A DNA stretch of 64,000 nt from Sphaerodactylus townsendi (Eukaryota). The stretch lies in assembly GCF_021028975.2 (NCBI RefSeq), contig NC_059430.1, forward strand, positions 120,962,001 to 121,026,000. The letters run 5' to 3'. The first letter of the stretch is position 1. Each line of letters opens with the position of its first letter. This document shows positions 49,650-60,528 of this stretch, in pieces. The translations under genes and the position numbers were made by a program. The notes under the pieces are model-generated. The model did no database searches. It saw nothing but the letters and a program-made list of their open reading frames with translations, and was not told the DNA's origin.

Positions 49650-50650
49650 GTCACACAAACTGTAAAGCAATAACATCCAGCAGGAGGTGAAAACGAAACT
49701 CCACGGATCTCAGCGGAGGTTCAAGAGCCACCAAGCCGACAAACACACACACACACACACGCCCCCCGCTACGTCCTGCTAAACGTGTCTTCCAACCGGT
49801 AGCCCACGACAGTCCCGAGCAGACCCCCTCGGACGACCCACCGCCACTCCGGGGAACCTCTGCTCCCCAAAGCGCAATTTGGGGGATTTTTTTCTTCGGC
49901 CCGGCGGCTTTATTTTTTTTGCAATGCCGCCCGGTGTTCCAAAGCCCCTGATTTCTTGCAAACTGTTTGCAAACCACACACACATTGCAAGCCGAGCACT
50001 TGACCCACCAGAAGCGACTCCAGCGAAGGACCGGCGAGGCTTTGCCGGAGTTTCTCGAGGGTGTTTGAAGTTGCTACGGAGGAAGCGCAGCCGGTGCAAA
50101 AAAAGTCCGCTTCCTGCCGCCGCGGAAACCACACTCTTTCTGCCCGGGGTGGCGCGTGTGTATGGGCGGGCACGCGTTGGCGGCTCCACGCTGCCCCCTG
50201 CTGGAAGGCACGCGTGCAAAGCCAGATGGACCCATGCCGTGTGGGAAAAACCCGTTTCATTCATTTTTTGTCAGGCGGGAGATTGCACTGGAAATGGGCG
50301 CGGGAGCAAGGACGTTCAAAGCAATTGGAAAGTCCCGGGAAGTCCACTGCAGAAAAAAGTAAATAAAAGCTCTGCTGCGGGCGTACACTAAGTCACGTGG
50401 TTTGCAACTTGTCAGAAAGTGAAAGTGAATTTTTGTGCGTGTGATTTCCCGTGCAATGAGAGGAGATGGCCGAAAGAGCGGCACCGATTCTGTGAGTACC
50501 AAACGCGATAGGGAGAAATATTTGGGTTTGGGATTTTTCACGTGGGATTTTAAACATGCTATCATGATGGGAATTATCAGCCTTCCGCCGCCTGACCCAT
50601 CGCGGCCCCCAAAGCTGTTTGCAGCATCCGGGGAAAGGTTATACCTGCCC
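49650..50650. promoter_or_regulatory. CpG island with ISRE/IRF and NF-kB motifs; putative bidirectional promoter
   Basis: GAAAACGAAACT at 49689-49700 (ISRE); GGAAAGTCCC at 50327-50336 (reverse complement of the canonical kB site GGGACTTTCC), followed by GGGAAGTCC; E-box GTCACGTG at ~50392; GAAAGTGAAAGT at 50415-50426 (IRF-E). Confidence 0.7.
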
Positions 50651-51981
50651 TAACAGCTGTTGTCACTTGGAAAGGGGACCTTGCGCTGGGAATCTGGAGA
50701 GCGTGTAACCTCAGCTTGTGGGTTCTGTGGGGCAGTACTTGGAAGGAGTTGCAAAGAACCAAATTTAAACAAAACAGTTTACTTCTCTTTACAAATAACA
50801 TTAAACATCAACATTTAACATTTACAATTCAAGGTCCTGTTCAGGTTGCATTTCAAGTCCTTCTAGTTACAGTCTACTGATACTGCCAAGTCCAATTCTT
50901 CTTTGCAAGTGGGTTGGCTCCTGAAGACTCCAAGGGCTTGATGAACAGGATGCAACATGATGAAGGTTTCCAGGAGAACTCTCACCCATTACAACCACAA
51001 AAAGAAACCCTGAAACAATAAACTCCAACATTTTCAACATAGCAAAAACAAACAACTACCTTCCCAGTAGTTCCCAATAATATTGCAGTTTACCTTAACA
51101 AGGTGTTAAGGGCTTATAGAAATCAAGGTCCGAGTCTGGTAGCCTTGTCTTCTCCAAAGAGCTCTGCAGCCTTTCTGCTGCTCTGAGTCTCCACCCCCTT
51201 ACTGGTTCAACCCATTCTGGGCATGGGGGTTACAAGCGCATCCTTCTTCCCAGCGCAGGATCGCTCAGGACAGGTGCAGAAATTCTGCCCGGTTCATTCA
51301 AATTGGGCATGTCCATGCAGTGCTTCCGGCAGCTTTTCAGTGAATTGGGCTGATTTCCCTTGAATGAATATGTCATTCGTATTTAATTTTTGAAAAGTTT
51401 ATTTCACTGCACATAGAAACCCTGGGGCTAGCTAGCTGATCTCTCTTGGAGAAGCGGGCCACTTTGAAAAGTGGACTCTAGCATTTTATCCCGTTTAAGT
51501 CCCTCCCCTCTCCAAACCCCTCCCTCCTCAGGCTCCACCCCCAAATTTCCAGGTATTTTCTAAGATGGAGCTTGCAACCATATCTGCATCTGGAATGATC
51601 TGTGATCCTTTCTGCTGTCCTAGTAGGTGGGTGGTGTCTGTGAACAGGTGCAGTATACAGAATCCATCCATTTAGCACAGGGTTTTCTCCTCTTTCTGGC
51701 AAACGCTTTCCAGGGTACCAGAAGAGAAAGGGATTTTCTGAGGCCTGCTAGTCCAAGCGGAAGGGGATAGAAACAGTTTCTGAACACAGTCTGGGAAGGT
51801 AATGCTGGGATAGCTGCAGGTTAGGTAACAAGGCAAAACTAAGAGAGCAGCTCCATGAAGCCTTGAACACTTGAGGCTGATTTATACTGAACCACACCAT
51901 TAATCCATCAAGGTCAGTTTTGTCCACTCTGACTGACAGCGGCTATCTGGGGCCTCAGATAAAGGTATTTTGCATCCCCAT

Positions 51982-52046
51982 CATTCATTCATTCATTCAT
52001 TCATTCATTCATTCATTCATTCATTCATTCATTCATTCATTCATTC
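51982..52046 (+). repeat. (CATT)n microsatellite
   Basis: About 16 tandem CATT units. Confidence 0.95.
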
Positions 52047-53670
52047 TACCTCTCACCTCCCCAAAGGGCTCATCTGACCCTTTTATCTGGACATAGTGGG
52101 GATTAGGGCTGGGCATTTGAGTGAAGCCAAATGGGAAAAAGCCATGAAAAATACCATTCCGGTTTTTCTACGTTTGTTTCAGCTCATCTGAAGAAACAAC
52201 AACCTCATCAGGCTATTCAGAAAAAGCCGCATAGCCCAAGCCGAAAAATGCCAAATACTGTTTCGGCTTCCAGCAGCAGAACAGCCAACAGAGCTGCAAA
52301 TAGCTCTCCATCCCCTTCCCCCTTTATCTTTGAAGTCAGAGCCAGTGACCAAATCCCTGAAAAGAGCTCTCCCAGAAGAAAATTTTTCAGGTTGATTTTA
52401 ACAACCTGAATTTTTTTGAAAAAATCCAAAAAAAATCAACATGGGGATTCAGCTTTGTTTTTGCTTTGGTTTTGGCCTTTTCAGAAAGTGCTGGGTCTTT
52501 TAAAGCCATACCTGAAAAAATTGCGCGCACACCTAGCGAGGATTGAATCTGGGATCTTCCAGCTTGCAAAACAGGTGCTTTATCATTGAGTCACTTATTT
52601 ATTTTACGGTCATCGACCGATAGCTATATACAAAGTTCAGCTAATAATTCCATCAAATAATAGATCCAAAACAAGATTTGAAAACATCAAATATATAACA
52701 CATGGTACAAAAACTGTCTAAAACATTGGTTTATTTTTCTTGACAGGAGATAGAGAGGCACAGCAGATTGAAACAGGAAGGTAAAAACAAGAAAAATAAA
52801 CCAATACAGCCTGAAAAACAGATAAAATGCTTGGAGCCCGGTACAAGCACTGCACTCCCTGATAGGCAGGAACAATACTGGGGATCTAAGATGGAGTCCA
52901 ACCATTCCACAGGAAGTGACATCGTTTAGTCCTGCCTCCCTGAGTATAGGTTGGAAATCACCCATCCAAGATGCCCTCATCGCCCCCCAGGAGAAGGCCC
53001 CTTCAGGGTAAGTACCAATGGTCCGTTCTTGAGAGAGGGAGCAATAAGCCAGGAAATGTTGTCAGATGTTGTTGATGCTCAATATCTTGTATTCTCTGTT
53101 TAACCATAGATTTTGGCTGAACAGTATGCTGGGCCAGAATAATTGAGTCAAACTTTTTCGGCTTCCAGCAGAGAACAACCAGCAGAGCTGCAAATAGCTT
53201 TCCATCCCCATCCCCCTCCATCTTTATGGTGGTGTGTTGGGTGTGTGACATGATTTGGCAAACAACAGGCAAGAAAGAAAGGGCCTTATTCTCCAATCAT
53301 TTAGTTCCTACGGTTGAACCATTTACAGTTGCAAGCTAGAGAAAAGGAAATAGAAGATTATTAACTTTGAACGTTCCCTAGTACAAGAGTGTATGGTTAT
53401 TGTCACTTTGAAAATATAAGAAGTGGAAGCAGACTGTAACTTAAAAACAAAACAAAGTATGGAATATTGTCTTTGGACTATTGGCTACCAGTACGTTTTA
53501 TGGTTCCACCTGTCTCTATCAGTTCCCTCTCAGCACTTGGGAGAGCCCCCGCAATGGGGCTGGAACTCAGTACCAGCGAGTACCACCACAGAAAAAGCCC
53601 TATTGGCTGCCAAAACTGATGTTGTCAAATTTCCTTCCTTTCTTCCCTCTCTCCCTCCCTCTTTAGGAAT

Positions 53671-54575
53671 ATGGCTGACATCTTCAGAAATGGCCTTCAG
53701 TGGGCCCTTGGTACATTCCTGCGATCCTTTATAGCCCAGGTCAAGAGAGTCCTGATATTTTCAACTGTGGTGATTGTGGGTGCTGTTCTCTTGTCTTCTA
53801 CTTGGCTTGCTGTCCAAAAGGTGGATTATTCTCTGTCAAGCACTGAGCGTGAGGTCGCTGTGACCAACAAGCATAAGTGGACCCCACACAGTGTCGTCAA
53901 AATCCTAAGGGACTTGCTGCACTATGTTGCTGTCCTGTTGTCTTCCTATGAACCCCTGACCCTTGGGAACCTCTTGAGGCACCGCGACCGCCTGAGCGGG
54001 GTGAACTATCTGCTCCAGGCTTGTTTCAACGAAGCCATTGATGGCTTTTGCCGGGAGCCTTTCTCAGTGCAAGAGAATTCCAGAATGGTCATCCACTGCG
54101 ACGGACAAACCGTACAGTTCTTCTCCGGCAACGGCGACTCGCGAAGATTTCGGTGTACATCTTGCACAACGCCATCCAATTCGACGTCCAGGAACGGACG
54201 GCTGAAATGTACCTTGCTAGGCTGTCTATTCGCCAGGAGCCGTTGAGCATTCGTGATCTCCTGCGGGTGAAGAGCAACTTACAGTCCTGGGGTGTGCTTT
54301 CGGAAGGGCTGCGGAGCTGCCTGGAGTTTGCCGTGCAGAAATATGCCGAGGAGCCTTTGTGTGTCCAAAACAACGCGGACATGGCTATAGACTGTGACGG
54401 CCAAGTGCTGAAATTCGCTTCCGGGCGTCAGAACAATCACATCAATATCTATGACGTGCGAGATGGCACCATTCATTACCACATCAGGCTCTCTGGTTTC
54501 TGGGCCAGTATTGTGGGGTTCTTCAGGGGGAGCCCAGACCACACACGGGGGAAAAAGTTGTTGCAGTTAGAGTGA
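53671..54575 (+). CDS. Uncharacterised ~300-aa protein with an N-terminal TM helix and two ~90-aa tandem repeats; one frameshift near 54140
   Basis: Polypyrimidine acceptor ctccctctttag| 4 nt before the ATG. ORFs 53671-54246 and 54048-54575 join at ~54140. The repeats share EP..VQ.N..M.I.CDGQ...F.SG...I..Y. AATAAA at 55173. Confidence 0.75.
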
Positions 54576-57500
54576 ATTAACTGTTCACTCTTGTGTCACT
54601 TGAAACATGGATATATGGTAGCAGTGGAGCAGCAGTGGCGTAGGAGGTTAAGAGCTCGTGTATCTAATCTGGAGGAACCGGGTTTGATTCCCAGCTCTTG
54701 CCGCCCTGAAGGGTTAATGAAGGAAAAACTTATCTGGGGAATTCAGATTAGCCTGTGCACTCCACCACACATGCCAACTGGGTGACCTTGGGCTGAGTCA
54801 CAGCTTCTCCAGAGCTCTCTCAGTCCCACCTACTTCACAGGGTGTTTGTTGTGAGGGGGGAAGGGCAAGGAGATTGTAAGCCCCTTTGAGTCTCCTGCAG
54901 GAGAGAAAGGGGGGATATAAATCCAAACTCTTCTTCTTCTTCTACTGTTCTTCCCGGCTGATGCCACATGGGGAGGGTGATGTCACAGTTGAATCTTCCA
55001 TTTTAAAAAAGTCCTAAATCTTCTTGTTCGTGGGAAAATTCCCCTCAGACTGCATGCGGCTATCAGTGTTATTTTTGAATGCTTTTCCATTTGGGGGAAA
55101 AAGTCAAATCTTCTTGCTTGTGGAAAAAATAGTACGTCAAAGCAAAGACTAGACTTTTAACTAATAACACTGAATAAAAACATTTAACAAAACATTTTGC
55201 CTAGCTTTCCATAGGAAAGGAGGCATTTTGAGATTGGTTTGTTTGTTTAAATGGGGCATTAAACTTATCATCGCCCACCTGTCGTTTGAAGCGGATAACC
55301 CAGAAAGGACTGAACCTGTTTTTGCATGATTGAACAGATGGTAAAAGCATCCTTGGGAAATTTATTCAGGTGGCACCTTGCTATGGCTTAACTTAAGTGG
55401 TTTATTACAGGGCAGATGAAAATAAATGTTTTTTTTAAATCAGATTTTTTTACAAAATTAAATCAGATGTTTAAAATTTAAATTGGATTAAAAAAATACA
55501 AGGCCTTTTGAGAAAAAAAATCTAGATTAAGTAATTTTCTATTTAATGTCCAGGGAAGATGTTGGCCGAGAAAGTGTATATATTCCCTTTAAGAATCCTT
55601 ACCTTAGAGATCATTTATCATGTATATTGGGTCTTTTATGAGGCAACCATTTGGTCTTGCTAGGTTGTTTACAGCGCTGGCCCTCATTAAAATTGTAAAC
55701 CGTGTTTGTGTTTAGTTTCAGTAGTGTTATTCTTTAATTAACAGAATTGGCTTTTACAAGGCCAGATTCTAAACCAGACAGATAGGTCTTAATTGCCATG
55801 AATGCACAGGTGGGAGTCATCTCCCTCATTTCTATTCGAGACCTAATTGGTTGATTATTGATCAAATGATCTACATGAGCCAATTCTATAAGACCCCTGA
55901 AACTATTCTAAAGACGTATTGTCGAAGGCTTTCACGGCCGGAATCACTTGGGTGCTGTGTGGTTTCCGGGCTGTATGGCTAGGTGTTACCTAGCAACATT
56001 CTCTGGCCTGACGTTTAAGCCTGCATCTGTATTTTAGCATCTTCAGAGGATCCTCTGAAGATGCCAGTCTGGTCAGCAGCCTCAGGAGAAAAGAATACTA
56101 AGCTGAACGCATACAACTCAGAAGCTCCGGCCAACTGCCTAAAATATTCTAAAGACATTCATTCATTCTACAGAGATTCATTCATGAGGATTCTCCCGAT
56201 AAAGGCTGAATAGCTTTGTATTGTATTGCTTTTTTACTTAGACTGTGGGGCTACGAGAAGAGGCTGATTTTTTTCCTTTTTTCCTTTCCTTTTTTAATAA
56301 AATTTTTAAAACTCAGCTGTTTGAGAGTATTTGGATAAAGAACCCTGGTTTTGGTACATTACTGGAAAGTCACCCAGCTTAGGGTAACCTTTTTTCACAA
56401 ATGTACATCATAGTCCAAAGGTTATTCACCATGAAATAAAGATTAATGTTGGATTATGTAGCATGTAACTGTATATTCATGCTATGTTTAAATTTTTTGG
56501 TGAATGAATTCCATTAATCCATTCACATTGTCATGCTCTTCCATAGATTTCTATAAGATTATTTTGAGCAGTTTTTCCATCTGGGAGATATTATCACACA
56601 TGCTGGGTTTTGTAGTTCTCAAAACTGTGAATTTGTGTCTGCAGAGATAATGTGCCTCTTCACAGGAAAAAATGTTATAAAATAAGCATACAGAGTTGCG
56701 AGAAAGACCTTAATCCAGTGGTGGGATTCAGCTGGTTCGCACCACTTTGGCAGAACCGGTTGTTAAAATGGTGCTTGTAAACAACCAGTTGTTAAATTAA
56801 CTGAATCCCGCCATCGGAACCGGTTGTTAAATTATTTTAATCCCACTATTGTCTTAATCCCATTGTTCCTTTGAAAATCTATGTACACAGAATCAACCCC
56901 TTTCCCCTTAAGTGCTAAGTTTCACAAAGTGCAGTGAATAGAAGATTGTTTAGCATGGAATAGGTCTGCGTAAATGTCTAAGTGGGAGGAGGGTGGGACA
57001 GACAGTAAAAATGAAAGTGAAACTTTTTAGCAGAATATTCCACAAGACTTAGGATCTTTGTGTGTATAGCTTGAGGTTAATTGTATTATTCTCTCCCTGG
57101 AGGAGAAAATCGATAGTGGCAGCAGGCCATAAAAGAGGCCAAATTTAGGAATATTTTAATGAAGTTCCTCAGCAGTGGTGTATTTGCCTTGGGACAGGGG
57201 TACCCTCTGTCCCTGGGTGCCAAATCAGCCCCCGCCCCCACAATGAGATCAGGGAAGGCCCGGCAAGGCAGTAGGAATTCCTGCTGCCTTGTAGATCCTA
57301 ACTGGCACTCTCGGCCCCACGCATGTCGTCATTGACATGGGCAGGACCAAGGAAGCCAGAGGACACCCCCCCCCAGTCTCACCCCCTCCCCAGCTGCCGG
57401 CTTCCCCCCAACCCCGGCAGTCCTCTGGAGAGGACAGAAGCAACTGGAAGGCTCCGTGCTGGGGTCTTTGCTTTTATAAGCTCAGGGGTGTGCACATCTG

Positions 57501-57771
57501 GAGAGCCACAGTTTGCAGACCCCTGGACTAGATGGACTCTGGTCTGATCCAGCAGGCTTTTTCTTATGTTATTATGTTCTTAGGGTGGCCTGTGGGTTTA
57601 TTTCACTCCAGCATGGGGAAGTTCTGGGTTTGATAAGAACAGGTTGGCTTGTCACCCTCTGAAGAGGCCTTCTATGCTTAAATGATGAGTGTACCGTTAC
57701 TGCTGTGTCTGCAACTGAAGGGATGTGACTCTTGTTCACACTCAAATATGTTGTCTCACATAGTTCTAGAT

Positions 57772-57919
57772 CAGGGGTAGGGAACCTGCGGCTCTCCAGA
57801 TGTTCAGGAACTACAATTCCCATCAGCCTCTGTCAGCATGGCCAATTGGCCATGCTGGTAGGGGCTGATGGGAATTGTAGTTCCTGAACATCTGGAGAGC
57901 CGCAGGTTCCCTACCCCTG
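57772..57919. mobile_element. Palindromic hAT MITE
   Basis: Near-perfect 148-bp hairpin; TSD ttctagat on both sides. Confidence 0.9.
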
Positions 57920-58422
57920 TTCTAGATGCATTCTGTTGTGTTCAGAGCCATAAGGTTGATCCTAGGGTGCCTTCCAACTGAGTAAAAATATGTTTAATCC
58001 TCTGCTTCCCCCCACCCCCTTCAACTTTTTTTCAGTTTTGAGGACCCTGAAGAAATTATTCATTTTTGAGTTGTCTGCCATATAGACTGTATCTGACCAT
58101 CATGGATTGGATCCCAATTCCATTGTGAAAAGTTATTTATAAGAAAACAAAGCATGGAACCCATCATCATCATCATCATTTATTTATTTGTTTGTTTATT
58201 TTTACCCTGCTTTTTCTGCTGTAGCAAGCTCAGTGGTTTTATATTGGTTTACCAATATAAAAATAAATTTATAACATTCAATCAATAGAAGTATAGTTTA
58301 AAACATGGCACCTAATCCAACCCAGGATGGATAATTCCCAAGCTAGTATCTTAATAAAGAACCCCAAATACAGCAAACAAGGGACATGTGAGTGTTGAAA
58401 CAAGAGAGGAGAAACTGAAGAT

Positions 58423-60528
58423 TTAGGAGACCTGGAGAACCACCAGTAGTCCGGCAAGGCCAAGAACGAGGATTGGGAAGTTGGTCCAGTGTGTTGAGTC
58501 CCCACCATTACTACTATTGCTTGTCTCATTGTTATCATTGTTATTGTTGTCGCTACCCCCAAAATTGTTGCTACCCCCAAAATCAGATCCACTTGATCCA
58601 TCATTTGGCTTAGGTTTAGGTTTGGGCTTAGGTTTCAGAGGTTTAGACCCTGAAGGAGGTTTGGGTCTGTAGACAGGACGGGAGGGGACTCGACGAGGCT
58701 GAGCTTGGTTCTGCAACTGTGCTGACCCAATTTCCTGCCTATCCACTTTTCTTTGGCTCATCCTCACTGTTTCCTGCACAGTGTTTCTTAAACCGCAGGG
58801 CACCAGGGTTCCAAAGACTTCCAATCTGGCTTCAGGAAAAGAGGTCCCATTTGTTTTCTGAACAGTTCGAGCCAGACTACTCATTGCAGGCCTGGTTACA
58901 ACGGATGGCATAGCACTACTTCTGCTGTGAGATGTGGCAACGTTTGCATTCTCACGCGTGGTTCTGGATGGTACATTCTCCACAGGATTCTCCAGGTGCT
59001 TGGTTGCTCCACAGAAGTAGTAACATCTACTTCCCCTAAATTGCAGCTCCACTGTTGGGCGCCCTTTCAAAGAGAACGTAGCTGAAAGAAGAATGAATAT
59101 CTGGTTTCAAAAATGACGTCTTGGTACACCAAATATTTCTGTCCTGGCAATTATTACTGCAGAATCCCATCCCTTACCCCAACCAAAATGGTGAATTTTT
59201 CATAGTCATTGAATAGCTCTCACAGCAGTGTTAGAGAGCATGTGATCCTGCAACGTTGGGGATGCTAAGCAAGTCAAGGTCTGGATGAAGCCAATTTGGA
59301 GCCCTACAAACAGCTTATGGGCTTCTTTTATTATGGTGAGAAAGGAAGCCTCTCTGACAACTAGAAAAGAGAACATAGGTCCAGCATGTTCAAAAACCAT
59401 GTTGGCTGGGAAGGGGGAGGCGCTATATAGTAACGAGAATTAGTTGAGATTAAGTGAAAAAGTTGTCTGTATCCAATAGTAAATTCTATGATGGTAGATT
59501 AACTTCCACTTGAATTGGAGGATGCATTTAAGAGCTCCGTGGAACAAAAATGGGTTTTACAGATGGATTTTCAAGAGTAGATAATGAACATTTTTGGAGA
59601 TAAGGAGGAAGTCATGATGTAGAACAAGGAATCTCGGCAGCTGAGTGTTGTAGGATGTACACAAAATTGGGGGAGTAGCATCATTAGGGTGGTCCAGAAG
59701 GACCATTTGGCCCGAATCTAACATTGATGGAGGGCCTCAAATGTGGATGTTTTGCAATATTTGGAATCCTGTTTTGGCCTTTCTTCATTTTCTGGAATAT
59801 TGGGAGCCTCCAGAAACAGAAACAGTCTGCACCTTCTTCAACTTCTGAGAGGCCATGCGTGTGGGTTTGGGATGGGGATTACTTATTAGGAAATTCTCAT
59901 AACAGAGACAGCAGAGCCCTAGGAATAAATCTGGAGCAACCTGCTCACCATGAGCTGAATCTGAAAATAATAAGCACCATAACACAATTGTCCTCTACAG
60001 TGATGGGTGTCAAACAGGAAGATCCTTCTGGCTCCCTGAACCTGAGCGATACACCATGGTGACTTTTTCTTTGTGTGGGCTTTATTTGAAGAAGAACATT
60101 TTGGATTGAAAGACTTACCACTTTCATTCTGAGCACCTTTCCCTTCCTGTCCCCACAACAGACACCTTGTGAGGTAGGTGGGGTTGAGAGAGTTCCGAAG
60201 AACTGTGACTAGCCCAAGGTCACCCCGCAGGAATGTAGGAGTGTGGAAACACATCTGGTTCACCAGATAAGCCTCCACCACTCAGGTTGAGGAATGGGTA
60301 ATCAAACTCCGTTCCCCAGATAAGAATCTACCTGCTCTTAATCACTACAACATGCTGGCTCTCAGATCAAGCATTGGTCACAAATCTGTGTGTGTGTGTG
60401 TGTGTGTGTGTTGGGGAGAGTACATCTACAAGGATCTTTTGGAATAGCAAAGACTTACCGCTTTCATTCTGAGCACCAACCACACCCAGAAGACCCCAGA
60501 GAACGCACAGGGTCAACGGGAATAGCAT
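58423..60528 (-). CDS. Uncharacterised secreted, probably GPI-anchored low-complexity protein (242-246 aa)
   Basis: Signal-peptide exon 60528-60459 (MLFPLTLCVLWGLLGVVGA-QNES, phase-1 donor g|gtaagt). Optional 12-nt micro-exon 59960-59949. The last exon 59081-58423 is in matching phase, S/T/P/K/N-rich, and ends SNSSNGG...FPILVLGLAGLLVVLQVS*. Confidence 0.7.

Noticed and set aside
49651-50653. Overlapping 100-170-aa ORFs in the CpG island (also at 22065-22875)
   Set aside because: These are expected from stop-codon scarcity in GC-rich DNA and show no recognisable protein features
58423-59081. Calling the GPI-type gene PLAUR, PINLYP or LYPD3
   Set aside because: No 8-10-Cys LU domain exon was found between the signal exon and the last exon, and the orientation is opposite to that expected for PLAUR. 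A faint KG(C)A..C resemblance requires several frameshifts.
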